Source: a virus
Lineage: Duplodnaviria; Caudoviricetes
Virus record (IMG/VR): IMGVR_UViG_3300021440_001469
Coordinates: 1-52,888 of that record
Length of the DNA stretch: 52,888 bases
Direction: 5' to 3' (one strand)
In this document: positions 27,261 through 36,481 of the stretch, piece after piece
Numbering within the stretch: the stretch's first letter is position 1
Layout: every line of letters starts with the position of its first letter
Position numbers and translations under genes: made by a program
The notes under the pieces: generated by a model
Databases searched by the model: none
Told to the model about the DNA's origin: nothing
What the model saw: the letters and a program-made list of their open reading frames with translations, nothing else

Positions 27261-27761
27261 GGATAACTCCTGGGTGTGGGTTTGATGGGCGGAGCCGCCG
27301 CCCTCGGAAAAGCAGACAAAGCCCTCGGCAGACTCGGACTCGGAAAACTGGATGTCCTTCAGCCCGGCGACGGCCGGCGGTTGCGCGCCCAAAAAGGCAA
27401 CGTGGCGCAGATACCAGGTGCCGGGCTTCGGGTTGGAAGGATGTTGCGGGGGGTAAAAAGCGGCGCTGCGCTTCTTGAAGCGGCCGGCGCTGACCATCTC
27501 GGCGAACTGCGGCTCGACCTGGTGGGGGTCCATCACCAGGCGGCCGTCGGCATTGACAGACAGCCCCTTGACCCAGCCGTAGGCCGGCAGATTGGACGCC
27601 GGGTGACCGACGGTCAGCGGCGCCTCGCGCAGCGCCGGGTCGTAGGCATCGGCCATGTTGCGCATCGACGACACGTCAAAGACGTGCTCGATGCCGGTAT
27701 CGTCGATCTGACGGCCCGGCCTGAAGATTTCAATCGCGGAGGGAAGTGTCTGAGTGCCCAT
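26769..27761 (-). CDS. Prohead protease/scaffold (Mu gpI/Z analogue)
   Basis: IEIFRPG, EAPLTVGHP, PAYGWV, FKKRSA, YLRHVAFLGAQPPAV. Confidence 0.9.
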   Translation of the reverse strand: MGTQTLPSAIEIFRPGRQIDDTGIEHVFDVSSMRNMADAYDPALREAPLTVGHPASNLPAYGWVKGLSVNADGRLVMDPHQVEPQFAEMVSAGRFKKRSAAFYPPQHPSNPKPGTWYLRHVAFLGAQPPAVAGLKDIQFSESESAEGFVCFSEGGGSAHQTHTQELSMEDKERLEAEAKAAKEAQARAEQETAEVKARLAQFAEAQRAERHAGFVQFAEAQLAAGKLKKPDAAALPAVLTALADSQAVEFAEAGVTKKLNPAEWLKGFIAAAAPVVQFGEFAPGNLGGKAEAGSARGKSDAEIDAAAKAYAAQHKVQYAEAVSAVVGFTS

Positions 27762-27768
27762 GCCCGCA

Positions 27769-27815
27769 ATGTTCGCGCGGGTGCGAGGGCCGGGCTAAAT
27801 GAGTGGAATCAATTA
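27769..27815 (-). promoter_or_regulatory. Putative Mor/C-activated late promoter (head/tail operon)
   Basis: TAATTGA-N7-CATTTA, 21 nt, -10-like GAACAT, ATG 7 nt later. Confidence 0.75.
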
Positions 27816-27864
27816 ATACGGCGGGCCGGAGAGGGCTTGGCAGGCCACGCCGTCGGCCGTGAAA

Positions 27865-29910
27865 TCACCGCCGCATCACGATCAATGTCGACGGGATGTT
27901 CCCCGGCGCCAGCGTCGCGGGCGTCACCCGCACGATCGACGCCGATGCGCCCCACTGGGTATTGTCTCTGCCGGCCAGGCTGGCGTGGGCGATGGCCTGG
28001 ATGATGGCTGCGGCGTCGAGCCGGATCTGGGTAGACAGCGTGCCGCCGGCGACGGCCTCGGCCAGCGCCGCGGCCGACAGCGGAATACCGAGCGTGACCA
28101 ACAGATCGCCGTTGGCGCTGGAGACTGCCGCCGCCGCGCCGGACAGCGCAATGCTGGTCACCAGGCCGGCGCCGGAGGTCGCGATCGCCGAGGCGGCGCC
28201 GGTGAGCGGGATGTGGGTATCCAGCGCGGCCGCGGCACTGGCCCGCGCCGTCGCGCTGCCGGACAAGCCCTGCGGGGCCGTGGTGAGGCCGGCGCTGGCC
28301 AGCGCTGCCGCGAGGGCCGTGCCGGACAAGCGGATTTGTACGGTCAGCGTGGCGCTGGCGCTGGCGCCGGCCGCGGCTGAAGCCGACAGATTGGCGCCGG
28401 AGCCGAGCGCCGCCGCGGCCGAAGCCTGGGCGGCCGCGGCGCCGGACAGTGGAATGCCGCTGGTGAGGCTGGCGGCGCCCGCGGCTGTGCCAGCTGCGGC
28501 GCCGGACAGGGCAATGCCGGTGCCCGGCGTGGCGCTGCCGCCGGCCTGGGCTGCGGCATTGCCGGCCAGGGGAATCGCGGAGCCGAGGGCAGCGCTGCCA
28601 GTGGCTTGAGCGGCGGCGCTGCCGGCCAGCGGCGCGGGGCCGCCGAGCAGTGCCGCCGCGGCCGAAGCCTGGGCGGCCGCTGCCGCCGACAGCGGAATGC
28701 CGCTCGTGAGACTGCCGGCGCCCGCTGCGGTGTCGGTTGCGGCGCCGGCCAGGGCAATGCCTGCACCCAGCGTGGCGGCGCCGGCGGCCTGCGCGGCGGC
28801 GCTGCCGGCGAGGGGGATCGCGGTGCCGAGGGCGGCGCTGCCCCCCGCTTGAGCAGCGGCGCTGCCGGCAAGCGCGGTGGGGCCGCCGAGCAGCGCGGCA
28901 GCGGCCGAGGCCTGAGCCAGTGCGGCGCCGGCGAGCCGGATTTGGGCGGTGAGCACGCCGTCGGCCAGGGCCACGCTGGCCCCGCCTCCGGCGAGGCGGA
29001 TCGCTCCGGTGAGCGCCGCGCCGCCGGCTGCGCTGCCGAGCGCCGCACCGGTCAGCGGGATGGCGGTGGTCAGCGTGGCGGCGCCCGACCCTGCTGCCGT
29101 CGCACTGCCGGCCAGCGTCGCGCCGCCTCCGCCCGCCGCCGCTGGCGCAAAACGCAGCTGACGCGGGGCAAACAGCGACCAGAATGCCGCCTCGCTCGAC
29201 GTGTAGAACGCCAGTTCGCGCGCCCCCATCCGGCGCTGCAACACGATACAGCCGGCGACCTGGATCGCCGATGTGACGTTGCCGGGGCCGTTCCACTGCG
29301 GATGCCTGCCGATGTAAGGCAGGATGTCTGTATCCCAGTTGGTGTTAAACGCCCCTGCGGTTGGGCCAAAGTTAGCTGAGGCCTCCCCGTCCATCGCAAC
29401 AAATAGCTGGGAATTGTCCGCCCCCGCTGTGCCAGCGACGATGATCCACTTGCCTGTCGGCGCCACCTTGGAGCTTGTGACCCCATAAGCCGTGCCTGAT
29501 GCGTCTGTCCCGAACCACAGCTTCGAGCTGCCGTTGCCGCCGTAGTAGGCATTGGAGACGCACAGCGTCGGCGACACGACCGCATCGGCATTGCGGGTAG
29601 TGAACAGCGGCACGCCGCCCGTGCCCGTACCGGCGCCGAACGTGCCGGAGTTGAGCGCATCGATCTTGACCAGCATCAGGATCGTGATCTGCCCGGCCCG
29701 CAGGCCTTCGGTCAGCCGGATCGCCTCGCCGGTCGTGGACACATCCGGGCGCGTGCGCGCCACCCGCTTGTCGCCCAGCGCCCAGGTGTCGGCCGAGGCG
29801 CCGGTCGTGTAGCGCCCATTGCCGGGCAGCAGCAGGTTGCTCGTGCCGCGTACCGGCGTGTTGGGCGGCGGCTGCTGAGCCCACGGCAGCGGGCGCGTGA
29901 TGAGAGCCAC
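27865..29910 (-). CDS. Fibre/adhesin-like protein: LamG-like N-terminus plus Ala/Gly ~20-aa repeats
   Basis: ITILMLVK...GKWIIVAGT...LFVAMDG...YIG; repeated IPLAGSAAAQA.GAA.L units. Confidence 0.7.
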   Translation of the reverse strand: MALITRPLPWAQQPPPNTPVRGTSNLLLPGNGRYTTGASADTWALGDKRVARTRPDVSTTGEAIRLTEGLRAGQITILMLVKIDALNSGTFGAGTGTGGVPLFTTRNADAVVSPTLCVSNAYYGGNGSSKLWFGTDASGTAYGVTSSKVAPTGKWIIVAGTAGADNSQLFVAMDGEASANFGPTAGAFNTNWDTDILPYIGRHPQWNGPGNVTSAIQVAGCIVLQRRMGARELAFYTSSEAAFWSLFAPRQLRFAPAAAGGGGATLAGSATAAGSGAATLTTAIPLTGAALGSAAGGAALTGAIRLAGGGASVALADGVLTAQIRLAGAALAQASAAAALLGGPTALAGSAAAQAGGSAALGTAIPLAGSAAAQAAGAATLGAGIALAGAATDTAAGAGSLTSGIPLSAAAAAQASAAAALLGGPAPLAGSAAAQATGSAALGSAIPLAGNAAAQAGGSATPGTGIALSGAAAGTAAGAASLTSGIPLSGAAAAQASAAAALGSGANLSASAAAGASASATLTVQIRLSGTALAAALASAGLTTAPQGLSGSATARASAAAALDTHIPLTGAASAIATSGAGLVTSIALSGAAAAVSSANGDLLVTLGIPLSAAALAEAVAGGTLSTQIRLDAAAIIQAIAHASLAGRDNTQWGASASIVRVTPATLAPGNIPSTLIVMRR

Positions 29911-29913
29911 GGC

Positions 29914-30342
29914 TTAGCTGTAGTTGATGCTGCGGTACTGCCCCGTGCAGCCCGACGCGGCCAGCGTCACCCCGGCATCGTTGTAGGCCGTGAGGGTGAC
30001 TTTGGGCGGCAGCACGCCGCCGAAGCTCGACGCCAGGGACAGCGATGTCGAGCGGTGCGCTGACGCATCGGTCAGCGAGATGGACCCGATAAAGCGCAAG
30101 TTGCGCACGTTGGCGCTGCTGCCGGCGTCGGAATAATTGGTGCCATCGACCGATGAGCGGGCGTAGAGGATGACCTGCTGGTTGCCGGACGGCGTGCTGC
30201 CGGCCTGGGCCGTCACTTCGACCAGGCAATCCATGATGTTCGCAGACGTGAAATCAATCGTGCCAATGTCTGTGTAGCTGGCGTTGGCGGCGCTGTTGAA
30301 GTTGCCGCTCAGTGAGGTGGCAGTGCCGTAAGTGGTGGTCAC
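29914..30342 (-). CDS. Hypothetical beta-rich virion protein
   Basis: Thr/Ser-rich, SVDGTNY Asp-box-like motif; coupled within the operon. Confidence 0.65.
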   Translation of the reverse strand: MTTTYGTATSLSGNFNSAANASYTDIGTIDFTSANIMDCLVEVTAQAGSTPSGNQQVILYARSSVDGTNYSDAGSSANVRNLRFIGSISLTDASAHRSTSLSLASSFGGVLPPKVTLTAYNDAGVTLAASGCTGQYRSINYS

Positions 30343-30782
30343 GTGGCGATCCCCTGGATATCGTTGATGACCTTAGATACTGCGTCAACTGACACAGGAT
30401 CGGACACGACGGCGAGGCCGAGCAGCGTGTTGCACGTCGTTTCGTCGATGAGTACGCCCACAAAACCGGAGATCAGTGCCCGCACGCTGGGCGTCCCGAT
30501 GTCTAGCTCCCCTTTTGCAAGGCTGCGCCACGCCTGTCGTGCGGCAGCGGCCGTAACGCGCTGCTGCTGTGTCTCGGCTCCAGTCAGCGTGCGGGCGGCA
30601 GCCTCTTCAAGATCAAGGAGGAATAGCATGCCGCCTATGCCAAGCTCTGCTGCGATGGTGCCGTCGCTAATGCTGCGCGACACCACCTTGGTGCGGTCAG
30701 CCGACAGGGCGAGGGCGATGGCGCCGTCGTCCCTGTGAGCAAGGTCGAAGCCGCCCGCGAGGATGTCATCGCGCAGGCTCAT
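30339..30782 (-). CDS. Hypothetical protein
   Basis: Coupled ORF within the accessory structural operon. Confidence 0.65.
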   Translation of the reverse strand: MSLRDDILAGGFDLAHRDDGAIALALSADRTKVVSRSISDGTIAAELGIGGMLFLLDLEEAAARTLTGAETQQQRVTAAAARQAWRSLAKGELDIGTPSVRALISGFVGVLIDETTCNTLLGLAVVSDPVSVDAVSKVINDIQGIAT

Positions 30783-30784
30783 GA

Positions 30785-31300
30785 TCAGTTGTCCACCTGC
30801 ACGGTCAGCGCGCCGGCCGCGAAGCTCGGTGCGGCGTCACCGTTGTTGATGGTTTTGGCGATAGTCAGCGGAAAGCACAGCCAGGCGTTGCCGGCGGAGG
30901 CGGCATCCCACACGCGCACACTGACCACACTGCCCCAGTTGGCGGTGGGGGCCGGGAAAGTGAGGGTGGCGTTGTTGCTGGTGGTGCCGCCGGTGCCGGT
31001 CGAGGCGGTGGTGGATGCGGCGGCTTGAGTGCCGGCCCAGTTGGCCAGGCTGCTGGTCACCGCCACCCGAGCATAGCTGCCGCCAGTGACTTCTGTGCCG
31101 CCGCCGGCCTCGGTGCAGGTAGCGGTGTCGAGGCCGACGTACCAGCTCGCCGGGATGCCGGAGGCCTGGGCGCGGAACAGGGTGTCGACCAGCTTGTTTT
31201 CCGCGTAGTCGGTGAACGAGCCGGCCAGCGTGGGGGCGCTGCAGGCGGCCAGGGTCAGAGCGCACAGGGCAGCGGCGAGCTTACGGGATGTCTTGAGCAT
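30785..31300 (-). CDS. Phage minor structural protein family member with an N-terminal signal peptide
   Basis: TDYAENKL..WYVGL..EVTGGSYARVAV..SNNATLTFP..NWG; leader MLKTSRKLAAALCALTLAAC; CAGGAG RBS. Confidence 0.75.
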   Translation of the reverse strand: MLKTSRKLAAALCALTLAACSAPTLAGSFTDYAENKLVDTLFRAQASGIPASWYVGLDTATCTEAGGGTEVTGGSYARVAVTSSLANWAGTQAAASTTASTGTGGTTSNNATLTFPAPTANWGSVVSVRVWDAASAGNAWLCFPLTIAKTINNGDAAPSFAAGALTVQVDN

Positions 31301-31334
31301 GATGAGTCTCCTGCGTGGTAATGATGAGATAGGT

Positions 31335-31688
31335 TTATTTTGTAGGTCCGGGGGAGAGGGTGACGGTACCCTCGACCATCCGATACACCTCTCCGGACTG
31401 GGCGGTCATGAGCAGGTCATAGACGGATTTGGACCAGGTCTGATTGGCCGTCACGGTCTCGCTGATATACAGCTGCACCGTACCGGCCGCCCCGGCCAGA
31501 CTGATCGCCCCATTGGCGGTGGAGAGATCGAGCAGGACGGCGGACGCATCGATCGATTCCCTGATCTGCATCCTGGCCGTAAAGCCAGCTATGTCGATCG
31601 GCCGGCCTTTCACATCCAGCCAGGTGAAGCGGTGCCGGAAGGTCGCGCCCTGATTGATGACCAAATGAGCTTTAGGGGTCGTGCTCAT
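31335..31688 (-). CDS. BppU-like beta-sandwich structural protein
   Basis: LVINQGATF...PIDIAGFTARMQIR...VYDL...EGTVTLSP. Confidence 0.7.
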   Translation of the reverse strand: MSTTPKAHLVINQGATFRHRFTWLDVKGRPIDIAGFTARMQIRESIDASAVLLDLSTANGAISLAGAAGTVQLYISETVTANQTWSKSVYDLLMTAQSGEVYRMVEGTVTLSPGPTK

Positions 31689-31738
31689 GCTTGAAACGGC
31701 CTGCCATCACGGCCACCTTGGGAATGGGGATGGCGGCG

Positions 31739-31785
31739 ATTGTCGCGGCCTCGCGCGAGCGCGAATAAATGAGCGCGGTCAATTA
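31739..31785 (-). promoter_or_regulatory. Putative Mor/C-activated late promoter (accessory structural operon)
   Basis: TAATTGA-N7-CATTTA, 21 nt, -10-like GACAAT. Confidence 0.75.
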
Positions 31786-31876
31786 CTCGGCGGCAGCGTC
31801 CGGATCAGTCCGGGCGTGAACGTCAAAAGGGGTCGCAGACCCCTCCCAAACGCTCCCATTTGCTCCCAAATTGTTT

Positions 31877-32293
31877 TTAGCTAGCGGAGTGTTGCTCGGC
31901 GAAAAAATCGCCCTGGCGCGTCCGCGCTTCCTCGTGCCTCAACGCAGCGAAATGCTTGTAGAGCACGCGCAGGCAGATGCCTGACTCGGCCGCCAGCTCA
32001 ACGATGTTGCGGCCGGTGAAGCGGGCATAGAGCTCGCGGTACTCGCGGCCGACGTCGTAGCTGTCGGCCTTGGGCAGATAGGGCTGCAGGCCGCCGAGCT
32101 CGGCCCGCAGGATGTCGGCGATGCGCGTCGTGATGGTGACGCGCTGATCGGCCGGGATATCGTCGAGGCCGATGTAAATGCACTCGGCAATGGTGCGCCA
32201 GATCTCCGGGTAGTCGGCGCCGATGGCTTGATGCAGCGGCCGCAGCATGTCCATCGTTGAGTTGGATAGGCGGACGCGGCGGCGTTTAGACAC
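31877..32293 (-). CDS. mor: Mor/C-family transcription activator
   Basis: LGGLQPYLPK...FTGRNIVELA...VLYK. Confidence 0.9.
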   Translation of the reverse strand: MSKRRRVRLSNSTMDMLRPLHQAIGADYPEIWRTIAECIYIGLDDIPADQRVTITTRIADILRAELGGLQPYLPKADSYDVGREYRELYARFTGRNIVELAAESGICLRVLYKHFAALRHEEARTRQGDFFAEQHSAS

Positions 32294-32726
32294 GGTCGAC
32301 CCACTGCTTGAGGCTTTCGATCAGGGTGCGCTCTTGAGCCGGGGTCAGGAAGGCCAGCGCTTCGACGTGGTTCGCGGTCTGCGCCTTTATCCAGGCGATA
32401 AGGCCTTTCATCGTGCGGTCGCGGACGCGGCCTGTGTCGGCGAGCTGCTGCCACAGGCTCCACATCTTGCGCTGGGGCGCCGAGAGCGGCCGGCGCTTGC
32501 TGCCGCCGTCCGGCCGCGGGAAGCCGGCGGCGTGGAAGTGCTCGACGATCGCCAGCAGCTCGGCGACGGTGCAGGCCTTGCTGCTGGTCTTGCCGGCCGA
32601 CCTGGCCGCGATGGCGGCGCGGTAGGTATCGTCGTCGAGCTTGAGCCAGCTCTTGGCGACATGGAGCTGGCGCACGAGTGCGGCATGCTGGCCGGCGCGG
32701 GCGGCGGTGAGGGGGGCGTTGGTCAT
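32286..32726 (-). CDS. gemA: GemA-family protein
   Basis: LHVAKSWLKLDDDTYR...GKTSSK...IESLKQW. Confidence 0.9.
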   Translation of the reverse strand: MTNAPLTAARAGQHAALVRQLHVAKSWLKLDDDTYRAAIAARSAGKTSSKACTVAELLAIVEHFHAAGFPRPDGGSKRRPLSAPQRKMWSLWQQLADTGRVRDRTMKGLIAWIKAQTANHVEALAFLTPAQERTLIESLKQWVDRV

Positions 32727-32728
32727 GG

Positions 32729-32917
32729 TCAGGACTCCTCGTCCGCGATGAGGCTCGCAGCGATGCGCTCCAGTTCCTTCGCTGCATCCTCGAGACTGCC
32801 CATGCAGTAGGTGTCGATTTCACCCCACTGCGCGGCCATGTCGAGCAGCTTGCTCACCATCGCGCGCAGGCTGCGGCGCTGGCCGGCGGCGATCTGTCTT
32901 GCGCTGAGTGTCGGCAT
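32729..32917 (-). CDS. Hypothetical protein
   Basis: Tightly packed early-region ORF. Confidence 0.6.
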   Translation of the reverse strand: MPTLSARQIAAGQRRSLRAMVSKLLDMAAQWGEIDTYCMGSLEDAAKELERIAASLIADEES

Positions 32918-32918
32918 G

Positions 32919-33158
32919 TCAGCGTCCCTTCATCGGCTGGAACGCCGTTGCGCCGTGCTCGAGCACCAGCAGCGCACGGCCGTCAGCCGGGTCGCGGAGC
33001 TGGAAGTGCACCGCCCAGCGGGTCTGCGCGTGCAGCGCGGCGCAGCTGTCGGAGAGCCGCGCGATCGCGTCCGGGTGGTTGGGCAGCGGCTCGGCGCTGA
33101 CGGGCAGCACGCGGCCGTTGCTGATGATGGTGAGGATCAGGTGGGTGGGCTTGCTCAT
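32919..33158 (-). CDS. Hypothetical protein
   Basis: GAGGAGG RBS; MSKPTHLIL... Confidence 0.6.
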   Translation of the reverse strand: MSKPTHLILTIISNGRVLPVSAEPLPNHPDAIARLSDSCAALHAQTRWAVHFQLRDPADGRALLVLEHGATAFQPMKGR

Positions 33159-33168
33159 CACGCCCTCC

Positions 33169-33795
33169 TCACACCGCGGCCAGATCGAGCGCGATCGCCC
33201 GATACTGGTCGGACGCGCCGATGCGCTCATAGACACGGATGTAAGTCGCCGTGCCGGTGGCCTGGATGCTGTCGCGGATGGCCTCCATGCCGTTGGTCCA
33301 TTCGGCGTCATCGATATCGAGGCGCAGCAGTTCGAGCACTGCCGCAGTCTTGATCTGGCCCTTGCTGTCGGTGCGGAAGGCGCGGTCCACCAGCGCGCGG
33401 ATATGCGGGTTGGCCCCCTCGCTCCAGCGCACGATGCAGTTGTTGATGAGCTGCTTGGCGGCCTCGATCTCCTCGGTGAAGGTGATGCGCTCGGCAATGG
33501 CCCGGACCACTTTGTACTGTCCGTCGTAGGTGGTCAGCGTGACGTTGCCCTTGTCGCCGCCGAGCGCCACCTCGTAGCGCTCGGCGCTGATCCGGACCAG
33601 GTCGGCGATGTCGCCGAGCGCGCGGACCTTGAAGGCCTTGAGCTGGGCATGAATGCCGAGCGCCTGCTCGGCCAGGCCGCGGGCGATGTCGTCGCGCAGC
33701 AGATCGTGCTCGCGGATCTGCTCGCGCGGCACGAGGTGGCCGGCGGCATTGCGCAGGTAGCCGTCGGGGATGGAGGTTGCAGTGGTATCCGTCAT
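33169..33795 (-). CDS. DUF3164-family protein
   Basis: IPDGY.RNAAGHLVP...GGDKGNVTL.TYDG...YIRVYER. Confidence 0.85.
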   Translation of the reverse strand: MTDTTATSIPDGYLRNAAGHLVPREQIREHDLLRDDIARGLAEQALGIHAQLKAFKVRALGDIADLVRISAERYEVALGGDKGNVTLTTYDGQYKVVRAIAERITFTEEIEAAKQLINNCIVRWSEGANPHIRALVDRAFRTDSKGQIKTAAVLELLRLDIDDAEWTNGMEAIRDSIQATGTATYIRVYERIGASDQYRAIALDLAAV

Positions 33796-33809
33796 GGTGA
33801 GGTGTCCTT

Positions 33810-34424
33810 TCATTTCTCGAGCGCGGCGCGGCCGGCGGCGGTGAGTTGGTAGTAGAGGGCGCCCTTGGGACCGGTGCGGCTAAGGGCGATGAGGCGACGG
33901 CCGCGCAGGTCGATAAAGGCGCGGTAGACGTTGTCGGCCCTTCTGCCGTAGGTAAGGCAAAACTCGCCGGCGCTGCTTTCGCCGACCTCGGCGAGATGTG
34001 CGAGGATCAGCGGGGCGATGCGCTGGCGGTTAGGGGGCTCCTTGCGGCGCAGGGCGGCGCGGCCTTCGGCGGTGAGGTGGTAATGACGCCGGCTGCCGTG
34101 TCCGGGCACGCGCGCGCTTTCGATGCAGCCGGTATCGCGCAGCTTCTTGATGTGGTAGGCCAGCCCCTCAGGCGACAGGCCGAGGGCGGCGCACAGGGCC
34201 GGGCTTGTGGTGCCGGCCGGGGCGTCGGCGATGGCCTGCAGCACGCGGCGGGTCGACATGCCGTCCTTGCCGGCGTCGCCAGTCGGGCGGCGGGCCGGGG
34301 CTTCGCCGGGGGCCAGGTCGCCGCGCACTGCGGCGCGGTTTTTGGTTTTCCAGGCTTCGCAATCAAACTGGCTGGCAAACTCATAGCGCTTGCCGGCCAG
34401 CATCAGGGTGACGGCGCCGCTCAT
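33810..34424 (-). CDS. Tandem winged-HTH DNA-binding protein
   Basis: Two MarR-like wings ending Y.LT..GRAAL. Confidence 0.7.
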   Translation of the reverse strand: MSGAVTLMLAGKRYEFASQFDCEAWKTKNRAAVRGDLAPGEAPARRPTGDAGKDGMSTRRVLQAIADAPAGTTSPALCAALGLSPEGLAYHIKKLRDTGCIESARVPGHGSRRHYHLTAEGRAALRRKEPPNRQRIAPLILAHLAEVGESSAGEFCLTYGRRADNVYRAFIDLRGRRLIALSRTGPKGALYYQLTAAGRAALEK

Positions 34425-34867
34425 GCCTGCGCCCTCCCGGCCTGCACGGTGGGGCGCAGCGCCCACGCGGTCACATTCATCGCGCGGCAAGAATCGACGT
34501 ACCACCAGTCTCCACGCTCATCGATATGCCCCAGCCAGGGCCGGCCGTGGTCCAGATTGTCGGCGACCCAGATCAGCACGATCTCATCGACCGGCGGGCG
34601 CAGCTCGTCGACGGCATGGCGCTCGATGAGGTGGCAGCGGGTCACCGGGTGCGGGGTGGCCAGCGCCACGCCGGCTTGATAGCCGTCGAGCAGCGCGGCG
34701 GCGTCGCGCAGGTCGTCGCGGATGCGCATGACGGCGGTGTGCACCGGGCCGGCGGCTTCCTCTTCGAGCATCCGGTCGAGGCTGTCCATCTGCACATACA
34801 GCGCATCAACCAGGCGGCGGGCCTCGGCTTGTTCGTCGCGGCGGGGGGCGCGGAGAGGGGCGTTCAT
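34421..34867 (-). CDS. Hypothetical phage protein
   Basis: VDELRPP..EIVLIW...W.G...WWY...VTAWA; ATGA coupling. Confidence 0.65.
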   Translation of the reverse strand: MNAPLRAPRRDEQAEARRLVDALYVQMDSLDRMLEEEAAGPVHTAVMRIRDDLRDAAALLDGYQAGVALATPHPVTRCHLIERHAVDELRPPVDEIVLIWVADNLDHGRPWLGHIDERGDWWYVDSCRAMNVTAWALRPTVQAGRAQA

Positions 34868-35271
34868 ACCTGCGCCCTCCGGGCCGGGGCCGCGGCGTCG
34901 CCGGGCTCGTCGCAGTCGATGACGATGTGGCTCGGCGGGGTGCCGCGGGCCGGCGGCACGGACAGGGCCAGCAGCACGGCCGCGGCCGCACCGAGGGCGA
35001 AGGCCGCGGCGACGATCCAGCCGCCCCGGCGGGCCGGCGGCGGAGCATCCGGCAGCGCGGCATAAAGCTGATCGGTGGGCACCACGCCGGCCCGGCCGGC
35101 GAGCTCGACCACGCTCTCTCCGCGGATCACGTGGGCGCTGCCATACACCCGGTCGAGCTGCGGATCGCGGCCCGGCGTGTGGATATGCATCACGCGGTCG
35201 CCGCGGGAAAAGCGCGCGTTGAACAGCACGGCCTTGCGGCCAGCGAGAATGGTTTGGGTGTCACGGTCCAT
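34864..35271 (-). CDS. Hypothetical membrane-anchored protein
   Basis: Hydrophobic GWIVAAAFALGAAAAVLLAL segment; AGGAG RBS. Confidence 0.65.
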   Translation of the reverse strand: MDRDTQTILAGRKAVLFNARFSRGDRVMHIHTPGRDPQLDRVYGSAHVIRGESVVELAGRAGVVPTDQLYAALPDAPPPARRGGWIVAAAFALGAAAAVLLALSVPPARGTPPSHIVIDCDEPGDAAAPARRAQV

Positions 35272-35272
35272 G

Positions 35273-36481
35273 TCAGGCTCCTTTCCTTTGCGCCGGATTC
35301 CACTCGGCGACGGTTTGTGCGCAGATCGTCGGCGCGCCGAGGCTGGCCGCGAAGTTCATGACGGAGACGGCCGTATTGCCGACGTTGAGCGGATACGCCT
35401 GGCTCGACTGCACCTTCTTTTCCATACCGCCCACCCGCTTGACCTGCTCGCGCATCAGGCGCACTGACAGGGCGTCGATAGCCGCGGGCTCGAACACCTT
35501 GGCAAGCTCGGCGCCGGCCCGCACGAAGCGGTGGGTCATGTAGTCGCGCAGCTCGGTGCGGCTCAGCGGGGGCATCTCGCAGCGCAGGGCACGCTGGCCC
35601 ACTTCGCGCACCTGCGGCTTGGCGAGCAGCGTGTCGAGCTCCTGGTGGCCGATCAGCAGCACGCCCAGCGAGGGGCCGAAGCCGTTGTCGGTCTCGCGCA
35701 GGCCCTTGAGGCTTTGCAGCGTCACCAGCGGCATGCGGTGTGCCTCTTCGATGACGATGCACACGGGCTTGCCCACCTCGGCCACCATGGCCGCGATCTG
35801 GCGGGCGCGGTCCTCGCGCTGGCGCTTAATGGGCTCGGTCGGGTCGATGCTGGCCACGATGGCGCGGTAGATGTCATCGATCCGCAGGGCCTGGCCTTTG
35901 CGATCGTTGTCGGCCATGCCGGTGGTGGTGAGCAGGCGCACCACGATGGCCTTATCGGCAATCCGGCTCTGCAAGAGCAGGCGCAGCGTGGTCTTGCCGC
36001 TGCCGCTCTCGCCGTAGATGGCCACGAAGCGGCGGTTGAGCACCGCGCTTTCCATATCGAGCAGGCGCTCGCGCAGGTTCACCGTGAGGAACACATCGTC
36101 CGGCCCTTCCAGATCGGGCTCGAACGGGTTGCGGCGCAGGCCGTAGCGCTCCCTGGCGCGTTGCGACAGGGTTTGCGGGTCAAGTAACATCTCAGCTCCT
36201 TCGTCGTCGATTGCGAGTACAGCGGGGGAAACCGGGGCTGGATCGTTGGCGCGATCCGGCCCCACTCTTTTCAGGAGGGCCACGTCCTGCTCGGGCGCGC
36301 CCTGCGCCTGGAGCCAGGCGGCAATGGCCTGGCGGTCGCGGCGCTCGGTGCGGCGCGGCCATTCGTCGTGGCGCACGATGCGGCTGGCCACCGTGCGCGA
36401 CAGCCCGGCGCCGCGGTACAGCGCACTTTGTGTGAGGCCCAGGCGGGCCAGCAGGGCGGCAAGGGGTGTCGTGCTTGTCAT
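35273..36481 (-). CDS. Transposition AAA+ ATPase (ExeA-like, MuB analogue) with N-terminal HTH
   Basis: GESGSGKT, IVIEEAH, LLIGHQEL; directly after the transposase. Confidence 0.9.
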   Translation of the reverse strand: MTSTTPLAALLARLGLTQSALYRGAGLSRTVASRIVRHDEWPRRTERRDRQAIAAWLQAQGAPEQDVALLKRVGPDRANDPAPVSPAVLAIDDEGAEMLLDPQTLSQRARERYGLRRNPFEPDLEGPDDVFLTVNLRERLLDMESAVLNRRFVAIYGESGSGKTTLRLLLQSRIADKAIVVRLLTTTGMADNDRKGQALRIDDIYRAIVASIDPTEPIKRQREDRARQIAAMVAEVGKPVCIVIEEAHRMPLVTLQSLKGLRETDNGFGPSLGVLLIGHQELDTLLAKPQVREVGQRALRCEMPPLSRTELRDYMTHRFVRAGAELAKVFEPAAIDALSVRLMREQVKRVGGMEKKVQSSQAYPLNVGNTAVSVMNFAASLGAPTICAQTVAEWNPAQRKGA

